Assembly: GCA_041178425.1 (NCBI GenBank)
Contig: JBEGVH010000019.1
Span: 1 to 60,519, forward strand
Direction of reading: 5' to 3'
Source of the DNA: Pseudomonadota bacterium
GTDB lineage: Bacteria; Bdellovibrionota; Bdellovibrionia; Bdellovibrionales; Bdellovibrionaceae
DNA length: 60,519 nt
The notes under the pieces were generated by a model. It made no database searches. It saw nothing but the letters and a program-made list of their open reading frames with translations, and was not told the DNA's origin. How positions within the stretch are numbered: position 1 is the stretch's first letter; every line of letters starts with the position of its first letter. Positions 45,591 to 55,067 of this stretch are shown piece after piece. Position numbers and translations under genes: made by a program.

Positions 45591-46757
45591 ATGTCAGTAA
45601 AAAACATCTACTTGGATTATAGTGCCAGCACCCCGGTCGACTCTCGAGTGGTCGAAAAAATGCTTCCGTACTTTACCGAGCATTTTGCAAACCCCTCGAG
45701 TCAACACCGGGCCGGTTGGCAGGCCCAACGAGCCATCGATCAAGCTCGCTCACAAGTTGCCAAATTGCTTAATGCTCGCCTAACTAAAGAAATTATATTT
45801 ACCAGTGGCGCAAGCGAGGCCAATACTTTAGCCATTGTTGGCTTTATTCAAAACCTGCGCAAACAAGATCCTCAGCGTAAACTCCATGCCATCACCTCAA
45901 AGGTAGAGCACAAATCAGTTCTTGAGACGTTTGCGCAAATTGCCGAATTTCCAAATGTTGAAATCGAAGTGCTCCCACCGAACCGCTACGGCCAGGTGGA
46001 CATTGAAGCCCTTAAAAAAGCTCTTCGCCCCGAAACCGTGCTGATGAGTTTTATGTGGGCCAACAACGAAGTCGGAAGCGTTAACCCTATTAAAGAGATT
46101 ACCGATATCGCCAAGGCAAACAATATTTGTTTTCACAGCGATGCCACCCAGGTTTGCGGAAAAATGCCCATCAATCTTCAAGACGACGGCGTCGATTTGC
46201 TTTCTCTCTCGGGCCATAAAATGTATGGCCCCAAAGGCGTTGGTGCACTTTATGTTCGGCACGAGGGGCATCATCCCGCGGTAAATCTTTGGCCGATCGT
46301 TCGTGGGGGGAGCCAAGAATATCAACTGCGAGCAGGAACCTTGAACGTGCCAGGCATCGTGGGACTTGGTGAAGCGGCGGTGATCGCTCTTGAAAATCTC
46401 ACCAACGACGAATATCAACTGCAAAAAATGGCCGAAGCCTTCAAGAACAACCTCCTAAAGCTTTGCCCCTCGATGACCCTCAATGGCCACCCTGAGCAAA
46501 GAATCCCAGGCCATCTTCATTTAAGTTTTCCAGAAATTCGCTGGGATCTGTGGTTGCCTCGCTTGAGTCAACTCTGCGTAAGCACCACCAGCGCCTGCAC
46601 CTCTGAGAGCAGCCAAGGCAGCCATGTGCTCGAAGCCATGGGTTTTGACCTTGCGCAAATGCACTCTAGCTTGCGGATTTCATTAGGGAAACTCACCACA
46701 GAGGCGGAACTTTCTGAGGCCCTAACTCTTTTTCAACGAGTTTTCAATGAGCGCTAA
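45591..46757 (+). CDS. iscS: Cysteine desulfurase
   Basis: YLDYSAST, SGHKMYGPKG and SAC catalytic loop. Confidence 0.9.
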   Translation: MSVKNIYLDYSASTPVDSRVVEKMLPYFTEHFANPSSQHRAGWQAQRAIDQARSQVAKLLNARLTKEIIFTSGASEANTLAIVGFIQNLRKQDPQRKLHAITSKVEHKSVLETFAQIAEFPNVEIEVLPPNRYGQVDIEALKKALRPETVLMSFMWANNEVGSVNPIKEITDIAKANNICFHSDATQVCGKMPINLQDDGVDLLSLSGHKMYGPKGVGALYVRHEGHHPAVNLWPIVRGGSQEYQLRAGTLNVPGIVGLGEAAVIALENLTNDEYQLQKMAEAFKNNLLKLCPSMTLNGHPEQRIPGHLHLSFPEIRWDLWLPRLSQLCVSTTSACTSESSQGSHVLEAMGFDLAQMHSSLRISLGKLTTEAELSEALTLFQRVFNER

Positions 46758-46836
46758 ACTATTGATTCTGATGCTCAATCTGTTATCAATGGGCTTGAGT
46801 CATGTAAGTACTTAACTAATCAATAGAGGATTCTTT

Positions 46837-47202
46837 ATGATTAATGTTACTGAAAAAGCCGCGAAGCGAATTCAAAGCCTAAAAATAGAAGAAGACAAAG
46901 CTGCCGATGCGATTTTGCGTGTCGAAGTAAGAAAGGGCGGTTGCTCTGGTCTTTCTTATAAAATGAACTTTGATTCCGATATATTGGCCACTGATCAGGT
47001 TTTTGAGCATTTTGGGCAAAAGATCGCCGTTGATACTAATTCCTTTTTATTTATAGCAGGAATGACTCTTGATTATTCCGGTGGATTGAATGGTAAAGGG
47101 TTTACTTTTACCAACCCTAACGCCACCAAAACATGTGGTTGCGGAACCTCCTTTAATGTTAAAGCCAACCCAGTTCCTGCCTCTGGAGATTGCGAATCTT
47201 AA
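46837..47202 (+). CDS. iscA: A-type Fe-S carrier (HesB/IscA)
   Basis: GGCSG and CGCGTSF motifs. Confidence 0.92.
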   Translation: MINVTEKAAKRIQSLKIEEDKAADAILRVEVRKGGCSGLSYKMNFDSDILATDQVFEHFGQKIAVDTNSFLFIAGMTLDYSGGLNGKGFTFTNPNATKTCGCGTSFNVKANPVPASGDCES

Positions 47203-47276
47203 AAATTTGATTGATCGATACCCACCCCTCTGCCAACTTAAAGGTGTGTCTTTAAGTTGGGCTTGAGGGGGTTACG

Positions 47277-47843
47277 ATGAAAATATCTTTTATTTACCTT
47301 TTTTTATTTCTACTGATCGCCGAAACGGCTCTTGCCACTAGCTTTTTAAAAAATGATTACGTAAATGTTCGCCAAGAGGGCAAGGTTCAAGTCACTTGTC
47401 GCGATGGCATTATTGACGAATACGCTTCGTTTTGGTGCGAAGGCTCCTACCTTGAGCCAGAAAACTCTGCTGAGTTTAGAACCGCCAAACGAAACGGTCT
47501 ACACCATGTTCGCCTCGTGGTAGAAAACGAGGCCGGACGCACCACAGACACTTGGAAGCTCAACTCCCTCACGGGGGCAACATGGTTTAACATAAATCTT
47601 TGGGGCCAAAATGGAATTTTAGCCTTTGGAGAAAATAAAATTCATTATTCGATTGAAACCTCACACGACGAAGTGCTCGAGGCTGGTGAATTCACCACAG
47701 CGGTAACAACATCTCCAGTAAGACATTGCCGCCCCATCTGGGTAGACTCTTCAAGCAGCCTTGATTGCCAAGTACCAAAGTTTGCGTGCAGCCACCTCAA
47801 TGGCCCTCGCTCTGAATGCAATCATCATTCAGCTACAAACTAA
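47277..47843 (+). CDS. Secreted Cys-containing hypothetical protein
   Basis: Signal peptide (ALA-T) and six Cys residues. Confidence 0.7.
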   Translation: MKISFIYLFLFLLIAETALATSFLKNDYVNVRQEGKVQVTCRDGIIDEYASFWCEGSYLEPENSAEFRTAKRNGLHHVRLVVENEAGRTTDTWKLNSLTGATWFNINLWGQNGILAFGENKIHYSIETSHDEVLEAGEFTTAVTTSPVRHCRPIWVDSSSSLDCQVPKFACSHLNGPRSECNHHSATN

Positions 47844-48286
47844 TTTTGTTTTTCGTCGGTAGACACTTCAGAATCATTGGTACTATCGATCGTCGGCTTT
47901 TCTTTTAGTAGGTAATTGTCTTGAATGGCACGACTCTCTGTAATTGTGCCTTTCTTGCCGCCCCCACGCATTTTACGCAAGGATGTCTCCGACGCCTTCG
48001 CGAGTTGTTCACTCACATCAATGGTGACGTTTCCATAGCAGTGAAGCTGACAAGACAATCGTCGATGATCAACAAAATACCCTGTACCAATCAAGTTGAG
48101 TTCGGCTTTATTCGGAGGAAGAACAGCATTCTCCCCCTCCACAATTCGCACACGACATTCCGCACACGATGGAACCCCTTTGCAAACACTCCGTATCGGC
48201 ACTTGATTGGCAAGCGCTACTTCAAGCACCGTTTGCTCCGGCTTGATTTCTACTTCTTTATTGATAGGTAGAAACTTAACCTTCAT
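47840..48286 (-). CDS. 2Fe-2S ferredoxin-domain protein
   Basis: CKGVPSCAEC...RLSCQ motif. Confidence 0.88.
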   Translation of the reverse strand: MKVKFLPINKEVEIKPEQTVLEVALANQVPIRSVCKGVPSCAECRVRIVEGENAVLPPNKAELNLIGTGYFVDHRRLSCQLHCYGNVTIDVSEQLAKASETSLRKMRGGGKKGTITESRAIQDNYLLKEKPTIDSTNDSEVSTDEKQN

Positions 48287-48298
48287 AAAGACTCCTTA

Positions 48299-49867
48299 CT
48301 ATCGTGCGTATTCGACCGCTCGAGTTTCTCGAATCACGGTGACGCGCACAGCGCCTGTGTACGGCATTTCTCTTTCAATCTTCCGAGTGATATCTCTGCT
48401 TAACATGATCGCCTGTTCATCAGTAACCTTGGCAGCCTCAACCATCACGCGCACTTCACGCCCAGCTTGCACCGCAAAAGTTCGTACCACACCTTCGAAC
48501 CCATTTCCGATTGATTCAAGGTCTTCGAGACGCTGAATAAAGTTATCCATATTCGGACGACGAGCCCCTGAACGAAGAGTCGAAAGCGCGTAAGCTGTTT
48601 GTACAATACCAACAATCAGACCGATATTTTTATCGTCAGTTTGAGTGCCACGAATCGCCTGCACAACAACTTCTGGTTCGTTGTGTTTTTTTGCAAAATC
48701 AGCTCCGACTTGAGAGACGTGGCCTTCGGCATGATGATCAACACCTAATCCGATATTATGGAGAAGACCCGCCCTGCGGGCCATCTTAACGTTGGCTCCA
48801 AACTCAGCCGCGATTAATCCAGCAATATAACCCACCTCAAGCGCCTGCTGATAAGCATTTTGCAAATGAACTGAACGGTACTTGAGAGAGCCCAAAGCTT
48901 TTAAGATTTCGGGGTGAAGATTAGCAATACCCAACTCTAGGCAGGCTTTTTCACCATCTTCGCGAATGATCTTGTTCATCTCTCCACGAACCTTATCTGC
49001 CATTTCTTCGATTCGTGCCGGATGCACTCGTCCATCTTCAATCAATTTTTCGAGTGTGCGACGAGCCACTTCGCGACGAAGAGGATCAAAGCAGGAGATC
49101 ACAACAGATTCTGGCGTATCGTCGATAATAAGATCAACGCCACAAACCGACTCGATGGTTCTAATGTTTCGTCCTTCACGACCAATGATCTTACCTTTCA
49201 TTTCGTCGTTAGGTAGAGCCACCACACTCACTGTTCTCTCAGAGGTGTATTCGCCAGCATAGCGAGCCATTGCTTGGGCGATGAGTCTCTTGGCACGGCG
49301 ATCGGCTTCTTCGCGTGCCTCATCTTCGATTTTAGCCAATATTTTGGCAGCGTCTTGTTTGGCTTGATCTTCGAGAGCTAACATCAACTCTCGCTTTGCT
49401 TCTTGGTCGGTCATTGAAGCTACCGACTGAAGTTTTTGCTTTAAATCGTCAATATGAGTTTGAACTTTCTTTTCCATTTCGCGAAGTCGAGCATCAGCGA
49501 CGTTGAGCTTGTCTTCTTTTTCTTTAAGAACGCCCATGGTTTTTTCGTGATCATCAACCTGCTTCTTTTTTTGATCGTCCATGTCTTTGAGCTTACGCTC
49601 TAACTGGCTCTCTTGGTTCTTAATCTTAAGCTTTTGCTTTTGAATCTCACTCTCAACGCTCTTACGAGCGCGCGTTTCAAAATCCTTTGCTTTATTTTTA
49701 GAATCCTTATCGATCTTGGCTGCTTCGGATTTAGCTTTATTGATAATTCGCTCCGCTTCAATACGAGCTGAGCGTTTTTTGGTCTCGTCTTGATAACGCT
49801 TGACCAAAAATACAACTAAACCTCCAAAGGCCAGACCGCAAACTGCTGCAATTATTACTTCAATCAT
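48299..49867 (-). CDS. rny: RNase Y homolog (degenerate HD domain)
   Basis: N-terminal TM, coiled coil, KH domain KGKIIGREGRNIR and C-terminal AVQAGREVRV. ATG at 49867. Confidence 0.9.
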   Translation of the reverse strand: MIEVIIAAVCGLAFGGLVVFLVKRYQDETKKRSARIEAERIINKAKSEAAKIDKDSKNKAKDFETRARKSVESEIQKQKLKIKNQESQLERKLKDMDDQKKKQVDDHEKTMGVLKEKEDKLNVADARLREMEKKVQTHIDDLKQKLQSVASMTDQEAKRELMLALEDQAKQDAAKILAKIEDEAREEADRRAKRLIAQAMARYAGEYTSERTVSVVALPNDEMKGKIIGREGRNIRTIESVCGVDLIIDDTPESVVISCFDPLRREVARRTLEKLIEDGRVHPARIEEMADKVRGEMNKIIREDGEKACLELGIANLHPEILKALGSLKYRSVHLQNAYQQALEVGYIAGLIAAEFGANVKMARRAGLLHNIGLGVDHHAEGHVSQVGADFAKKHNEPEVVVQAIRGTQTDDKNIGLIVGIVQTAYALSTLRSGARRPNMDNFIQRLEDLESIGNGFEGVVRTFAVQAGREVRVMVEAAKVTDEQAIMLSRDITRKIEREMPYTGAVRVTVIRETRAVEYAR

Positions 49868-50450
49868 TCCTGCGATCTCCTTTTGAGTTAATGAACAAAA
49901 CACCTTGTTCCGTGATGAGCACATCGACCGGAACATCAAAGCTCTCCCGGGGCAAAGCTTCGGCAAACACAAGGGCTTCAAAAGACACTCCCACTCGAAG
50001 TCCTGTAAAAGACTCAAGGGCTCGATCAAAGTATCCCCAACCTCGCCCGAGGCGAGTGCCCCAGCGGTCAAAAGCAAGCCCCGGAATAAGATAGCCATTC
50101 AGGGTGTGTACACTCACTTGTTCACTCTGGGAGGGATTGGGTTCTTCAATGCCAAACTTACCTTTTTGCCATGAACCAGGGTTCACAAAAAAATCTAAGT
50201 TTTCGCCATTGATTTTGGGATAAGCCCATTCGAGATGTTGATTCTCTTGAATAGCCAAACGTGGAGAGGCCTCACCAACCATTGGTGAAAAACAACCCCA
50301 TCGACCTGTGTATGTTTTTAAAAATGAACTGAGGTGAAAATCGAGGCCGCGCTGAGCGTCCTCAACGGATGAATCTAGAATTTTTTTAAGACGAATCAAA
50401 GCCTCGGCTCGGGCTTCAATTTTATTATTCTTCTTGAGTTCGTCTGCCAT
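49860..50450 (-). CDS. ygfA: 5-formyltetrahydrofolate cyclo-ligase
   Basis: IPGLAFDRWGTRLGRGWGYFDR motif; usual position upstream of rny. Confidence 0.92.
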   Translation of the reverse strand: MADELKKNNKIEARAEALIRLKKILDSSVEDAQRGLDFHLSSFLKTYTGRWGCFSPMVGEASPRLAIQENQHLEWAYPKINGENLDFFVNPGSWQKGKFGIEEPNPSQSEQVSVHTLNGYLIPGLAFDRWGTRLGRGWGYFDRALESFTGLRVGVSFEALVFAEALPRESFDVPVDVLITEQGVLFINSKGDRRND

Positions 50451-50842
50451 TCCTCATCCTCACTGGTAGTCGAGAAATGGCTCCATCAATCAGAACGGAT
50501 TGTAGGATAAAACTATCAATTAATGTCTTACAAATCCTCATTGAGTTTATGAAACCCCAAGAAACTTTTGGCCACAGAGGCAACGAAACCTTGGGCAGGG
50601 ATAACACTGCTTTTTCTTTTTTTAAAAAGCAGCCGAGGATTTGTCTTGCGATAACGAGACAAGGCATTAAGAAAGGGGCTAATGCTGCGAGATTAGTGAT
50701 TTTGAAGATCAGAAAACTAATTCTCACCAAACCCCCTTTATTGATTGAAAGAACCATTTACGACAATACTTTTAACAGCTTACAAGGGGGGGAGCCTTGG
50801 GGGCAAGTTACATTGCATGGCAGCTTCTATGTTGGTGGCTAC

Positions 50843-51478
50843 TTACCTTATGCAAAGACAAAAGGGCTGAATACCCGTGAGATTGCAGCTCAATGTTGAT
50901 TTCTTGGGCACACTAATAGGTGGATTGATCTCTAGATTGAGCTCGAAGACCTTAAAATTTTTAGATTTGAACTTAAAATAGGGATTACCAGGAATGACAA
51001 AGCGCTCCCAACGTTCATCCGAAGCAATAGTCTGATCTTGTGCGTACTTCAGCAGAGCATCTTTATTGATGTGATCTTCTTTTATGAGGGGCGCTTGCTC
51101 CACCCATGCTCCAGCCTCTGTCGCCTTAAAGAACTTAAATTTGTACTTCTCCTTACCCCAAACTGAACCTGGGAGTAGCACAAACTGAACTTTCCACTCT
51201 TCAGCGCTGTGACTCTTGTAAACCAACTCGCGGTAATCAATGACAGGACGCTGATACCCATAAACTCGCTCAATCTTATTCTTCAGCAGGTCCAGACTGG
51301 ATGTGTCATCGGCCGTGATCATTCCCTTTACTTTAGTCAGGCATGAGACCAAAGAATTTTCGTTATGGCGGTGTGAGATATTATTTGAACTCGCCGGTCC
51401 ACGAGAGGCACCCCACTGCGCAAAACCTATCGAATGTGAAAATAGGACGCAGAGGCACCCAACAAAAGTCATTCTCAT
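50843..51478 (-). CDS. Secreted hypothetical protein
   Basis: Signal peptide, RGPAS motif and C-terminal Cys cluster. Confidence 0.7.
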   Translation of the reverse strand: MRMTFVGCLCVLFSHSIGFAQWGASRGPASSNNISHRHNENSLVSCLTKVKGMITADDTSSLDLLKNKIERVYGYQRPVIDYRELVYKSHSAEEWKVQFVLLPGSVWGKEKYKFKFFKATEAGAWVEQAPLIKEDHINKDALLKYAQDQTIASDERWERFVIPGNPYFKFKSKNFKVFELNLEINPPISVPKKSTLSCNLTGIQPFCLCIR

Positions 51479-51493
51479 GATCGTAAACTAACA

Positions 51494-51973
51494 TTATTTA
51501 TATTCTATTTGAACAATGCAGAGAGTTTCTGGACCTTTGGGCTTATGAACCACAACGTCATCTCCCTCTTTTTTACCGAGGAGCGATTTTGCTATGGGAG
51601 ATCTCCAAGAAATACGCCCTGATCCAATATCAATCTCATCTTCACCCACAATTTGATAGATGGCTTCAGCGCCCTCTTCATCTTCAACGGTGATTGTGGC
51701 TCCAAAGAGAACTTTATCAGACTGGATAATTTTAGGATCAACGACTTCCGCTTTTTCCATTCGCCCCGATAAAAACCGGAGGCGACTGTCTATCTCACGT
51801 AGGCGCCTTTTACCGTAAATATAGTCGGCATTCTCTGAACGATCGCCATTGCTGGCGGCCCAGGCCACCGTTTCTACGATTTTAGGACGCTCTTCGTGCA
51901 AAAGCTTCTGATACTCCCCTCGAAGTTTTTCTAAACCTTGAGGGGTAATATAGTTTTTATTTTCCGTTGCCAT
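51494..51973 (-). CDS. greB: Transcription elongation factor GreB
   Basis: WAASNGDRSENADYIYGKRRLREIDSR motif. Confidence 0.95.
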   Translation of the reverse strand: MATENKNYITPQGLEKLRGEYQKLLHEERPKIVETVAWAASNGDRSENADYIYGKRRLREIDSRLRFLSGRMEKAEVVDPKIIQSDKVLFGATITVEDEEGAEAIYQIVGEDEIDIGSGRISWRSPIAKSLLGKKEGDDVVVHKPKGPETLCIVQIEYK

Positions 51974-51985
51974 TACAGATACTTA

Positions 51986-53104
51986 CTAGATAGATGCATT
52001 GAGATCACGAACAGCATCAACCCCGGCCAATTCGGCCATGAGCTCTTTCACACTGATCATTTCTTTGATTCGGTAGGCATTTTGGCCAACCGTGTAGAGG
52101 TCTTTCTCGTTCTTGTTGCTATTCGCTGCAGCCAATAAACCGTTACAAATACAAAATGTTTTTTCATTATCTGTTTTGGAAGGGCAATTGCCTTTATTTA
52201 ATAGGTAGCCTTTATCGCACTTTGGAGCGCGAGTTCTTGCTAGTGCTTCTTGATAAAACGGTGATTTTTTTAGAACTCTAAAGAGCATTCCACAAGGCGA
52301 TCCCGGGCGATCCGCCAACTCGATATCGTCTTCTGTGGCCTCGATAATCATTTTGCGATACTCGTCGTTCGCGCCACTCTCGTGAGTTGCAAGGAAGCGA
52401 GTTCCCATTTGAACTCCAGCGCATCCCATCGCAAGATATTTTTTGATGTCAGCGTGATCATAAACTCCACCAGCTGCAAAAACCGGAATATCTAATTTCC
52501 ATTTGGCTAAAGTTTCTAAAACTTCTCCAATAAGAACATCGAGATTATATTTGGGATCAACGGCATCTTCTCGAGTGCGCCATGCAATATGACCACCGGC
52601 CAAAGGCCCCTCAACAACGATTCCATCGGGCATACGATTAGAACGAGACCAACGTTTTAAAACCACATCAACCGCTCGACCTGACGATAGAATTGGTACT
52701 AACGCAACTTCGTCGCATCGAGGGTGAGCTTTAACCATTTCAGGAAGTGCCATTGGCAAACCAGCACCGCTGATAATGACATCGACGCCACCATCCATAG
52801 AACCCAAAACTGAATCTTCGTATTGGTTCATAACGGCAACCATGCAGTTCATTCCGATAGGTCCGCCCTGTGCAATAGCCTTTGCATCGATAACATCTTG
52901 AGCGGCTGCCTCGCGAGCTTTGAATTTGCGGCCATGGCGAGCGCCGACAATTCTGTCGAGACCTGCACTAGATAAAACTCCCAAACCACCTTCTTTGGCC
53001 ACGGTACCTGCCAGACGATAGTTTGAAAGACCAATACCCATTCCCCCTTGGATAATTGGAAGCCTCATAACAGTCTTTCTGATCTTCGCTTGTGGTAACA
53101 TCAA
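51986..53104 (-). CDS. Nitronate monooxygenase/FabK-like flavin oxidoreductase
   Basis: PIIQGGMG, VEGPLAGGH and QMGTRF motifs plus a C-terminal Cys cluster. Confidence 0.88.
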   Translation of the reverse strand: MMLPQAKIRKTVMRLPIIQGGMGIGLSNYRLAGTVAKEGGLGVLSSAGLDRIVGARHGRKFKAREAAAQDVIDAKAIAQGGPIGMNCMVAVMNQYEDSVLGSMDGGVDVIISGAGLPMALPEMVKAHPRCDEVALVPILSSGRAVDVVLKRWSRSNRMPDGIVVEGPLAGGHIAWRTREDAVDPKYNLDVLIGEVLETLAKWKLDIPVFAAGGVYDHADIKKYLAMGCAGVQMGTRFLATHESGANDEYRKMIIEATEDDIELADRPGSPCGMLFRVLKKSPFYQEALARTRAPKCDKGYLLNKGNCPSKTDNEKTFCICNGLLAAANSNKNEKDLYTVGQNAYRIKEMISVKELMAELAGVDAVRDLNASI

Positions 53105-53228
53105 ACCTCCCTCACTTATGGTTTGTTAATGCAAAAGCCAGTCCTTTTGGCTTAGTCCGTTTTTCCTCAAAAGGGAATTCTTTTCGCGTTAAACCCTTAT
53201 CTTTTCTTGAGGTTACACCGATAAACCT

Positions 53229-55064
53229 TTGGGGGTTTATTTGGTCTCTACGTGGAGAAGAATCGCTATTGCTGCCTTTGTGTCACTCATTGGGTGCATG
53301 GCGACCTATTTTTGGCACCTTAAGACGGAGCCTAAAAATATCGGAACCTCAGATGCCGACGTTATTGCTTATATTTCCAAAACTAAATTGGAAATTCAAC
53401 GAAAAGGGGCCAATAACACGCTCTGGGAGCCCGCAGAAAATTTAGATCGGCTACGCGCAGGAGACTCCGTAAGAACTTCGAGCCAATCAGAGGCTAGAAT
53501 TCAATTCTATCAATCAAATCGGTATATTGACCTCGAACCCGAATCCATGATTGTGATTCAAAAATCAAAAACCGAAATCAGCCTCGAACTCCTAGAGGGA
53601 TCACTCTTTGTTAACGGGGTCGACAAAAACGCTAGCAACGCTCTCACCATGAAATCACAGAGCGGCAAAGTGGATCTCTCCAAGTCGGCAGCCCAACTGT
53701 CAGGTTCTTCAAATTCTAAAATGGAGTTGAAGGTCCTTAAAGGCTCAGCTCAGGTTGTTAAAAAGGGTGGCAAGGTTGTTGCGATTGAAGAGGGCAAGGG
53801 AAGCGGCCTCGAAGCCGCTGGCCTTAAAGTCGATGCCGAACCTATCAAAATTCTTTCTCCCGACACCGCTAAATCTCTTTTTGTTAATGCTATCAACCCC
53901 GAACCCATTCTCATTCAGTGGTCTGGCTTTGCCCCCAATGCAAAAGTAAATTTATTTAGCGGCTCTTCTCGAAAAAATCTCAAGCCCATCAACACCGAAC
54001 TCATCTCCCCTACTCAACTTCAAGTTCCCTGGAAAACAGGCACCTACTACTGGCAGTTAAGAGGAAGCGATCCTCAAAATCCTCGAAACTCCCAACAAAG
54101 CTCTATTTATAAAACCGAAGTCATCGGGCGATTTCCACCCACCCCGATTTCTCCAGAGGCTAACTTTGTATTACAAACACGCCGAGCTCTTGAATCTGTC
54201 ACGCTTCGCTGGAATGCCGGTGCCGAGTTTAAAGACGTATTTCTTGAATTAAAAAACAATTCAACCAATCAAATGATCGTAAGAGAGCGCTTCTCAAACA
54301 TGCAAGACTCTCTCGATGTTCCTAATCTTCCTTTGGCGAATTACTCTTGGAGACTGACCGGTTATCCTGTCGATGGAAGTAAACCTATCACCGGACCTTT
54401 TATTCCTTTTAGCATCGATAAAAAACGAATCATTAAATTACCAATGGTTTGGAATACCAATTTAAAACCCCTGCAATTTTATGTAAATTCTGATCCTAAA
54501 CTCACTCTCATGTGGGACCCAGGTGAAGCAGACCGGGTAAAAAAATACACCGTACACATTGCTCCTGAAGGAACCGATATTTCAAAGGGTGAGATCACCG
54601 AGGCTAAACAAATAAAGTTTGAAAAAGCGGTGCCAAAAGATGGTCGCTATCTAGCCTATGTTGAAGCTTTTGATGAAGAAGGAGATCGTATTGGGGCCAC
54701 CGAGGTTCGAACCTTCGGCGTTGAGCTCTTACCGCTCCTTCCTCCACCGACTCTTCTACCCGCTAATCAAAAAGACTTTATGGCTCAACCCGATGGAACT
54801 CTCGCAATTCAGTGGAACAACATTGAAGGCGCCAAAGAATATCAAATCCTTCTAGAAGACAGTGAGGGCAAGCCAGCGGGAGAATTCACGAGTATCGAGA
54901 AAGCCTTCAATCTTAGTAATTTAATGCCCGGAAGCTATAGTATGCAAATCGCCACCGTTGACCCCCATGGGCGAAGGGGACCACTTGCCGCCAAACGCTT
55001 CTTAGTGGTGCCGGACAAGAGCGCAGTCCAGGCACCGAAGCTCCGGAAGATAAGGGTGAATTAG
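53229..55064 (+). CDS. FecR-domain protein with FN3/Ig-like repeats
   Basis: TM, then LRAGDSVRTSSQSEARIQF...LLEGSL FecR pattern and repeated W...Y.W beta-sandwich motifs. Confidence 0.8.
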   Translation: MGVYLVSTWRRIAIAAFVSLIGCMATYFWHLKTEPKNIGTSDADVIAYISKTKLEIQRKGANNTLWEPAENLDRLRAGDSVRTSSQSEARIQFYQSNRYIDLEPESMIVIQKSKTEISLELLEGSLFVNGVDKNASNALTMKSQSGKVDLSKSAAQLSGSSNSKMELKVLKGSAQVVKKGGKVVAIEEGKGSGLEAAGLKVDAEPIKILSPDTAKSLFVNAINPEPILIQWSGFAPNAKVNLFSGSSRKNLKPINTELISPTQLQVPWKTGTYYWQLRGSDPQNPRNSQQSSIYKTEVIGRFPPTPISPEANFVLQTRRALESVTLRWNAGAEFKDVFLELKNNSTNQMIVRERFSNMQDSLDVPNLPLANYSWRLTGYPVDGSKPITGPFIPFSIDKKRIIKLPMVWNTNLKPLQFYVNSDPKLTLMWDPGEADRVKKYTVHIAPEGTDISKGEITEAKQIKFEKAVPKDGRYLAYVEAFDEEGDRIGATEVRTFGVELLPLLPPPTLLPANQKDFMAQPDGTLAIQWNNIEGAKEYQILLEDSEGKPAGEFTSIEKAFNLSNLMPGSYSMQIATVDPHGRRGPLAAKRFLVVPDKSAVQAPKLRKIRVN

Positions 55065-55067
55065 CGG

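Noticed and set aside
49868..50098. N-terminal extension of the rny ORF (also the extensions of the kinase from 17831 and S1 from 44060)
   Set aside because: These overlap neighbouring genes. Downstream ATGs with RBS and the expected N-terminal TM or signal sequence are better starts.
50425..50899. ORFs 50425-50757(-) and 50477-50899(+) as zapA or other proteins; region as canonical 6S RNA
   Set aside because: No ZapA-like motifs and atypical composition. I could not fold a 6S-like rod by eye, so the region is kept only as a candidate structured RNA.
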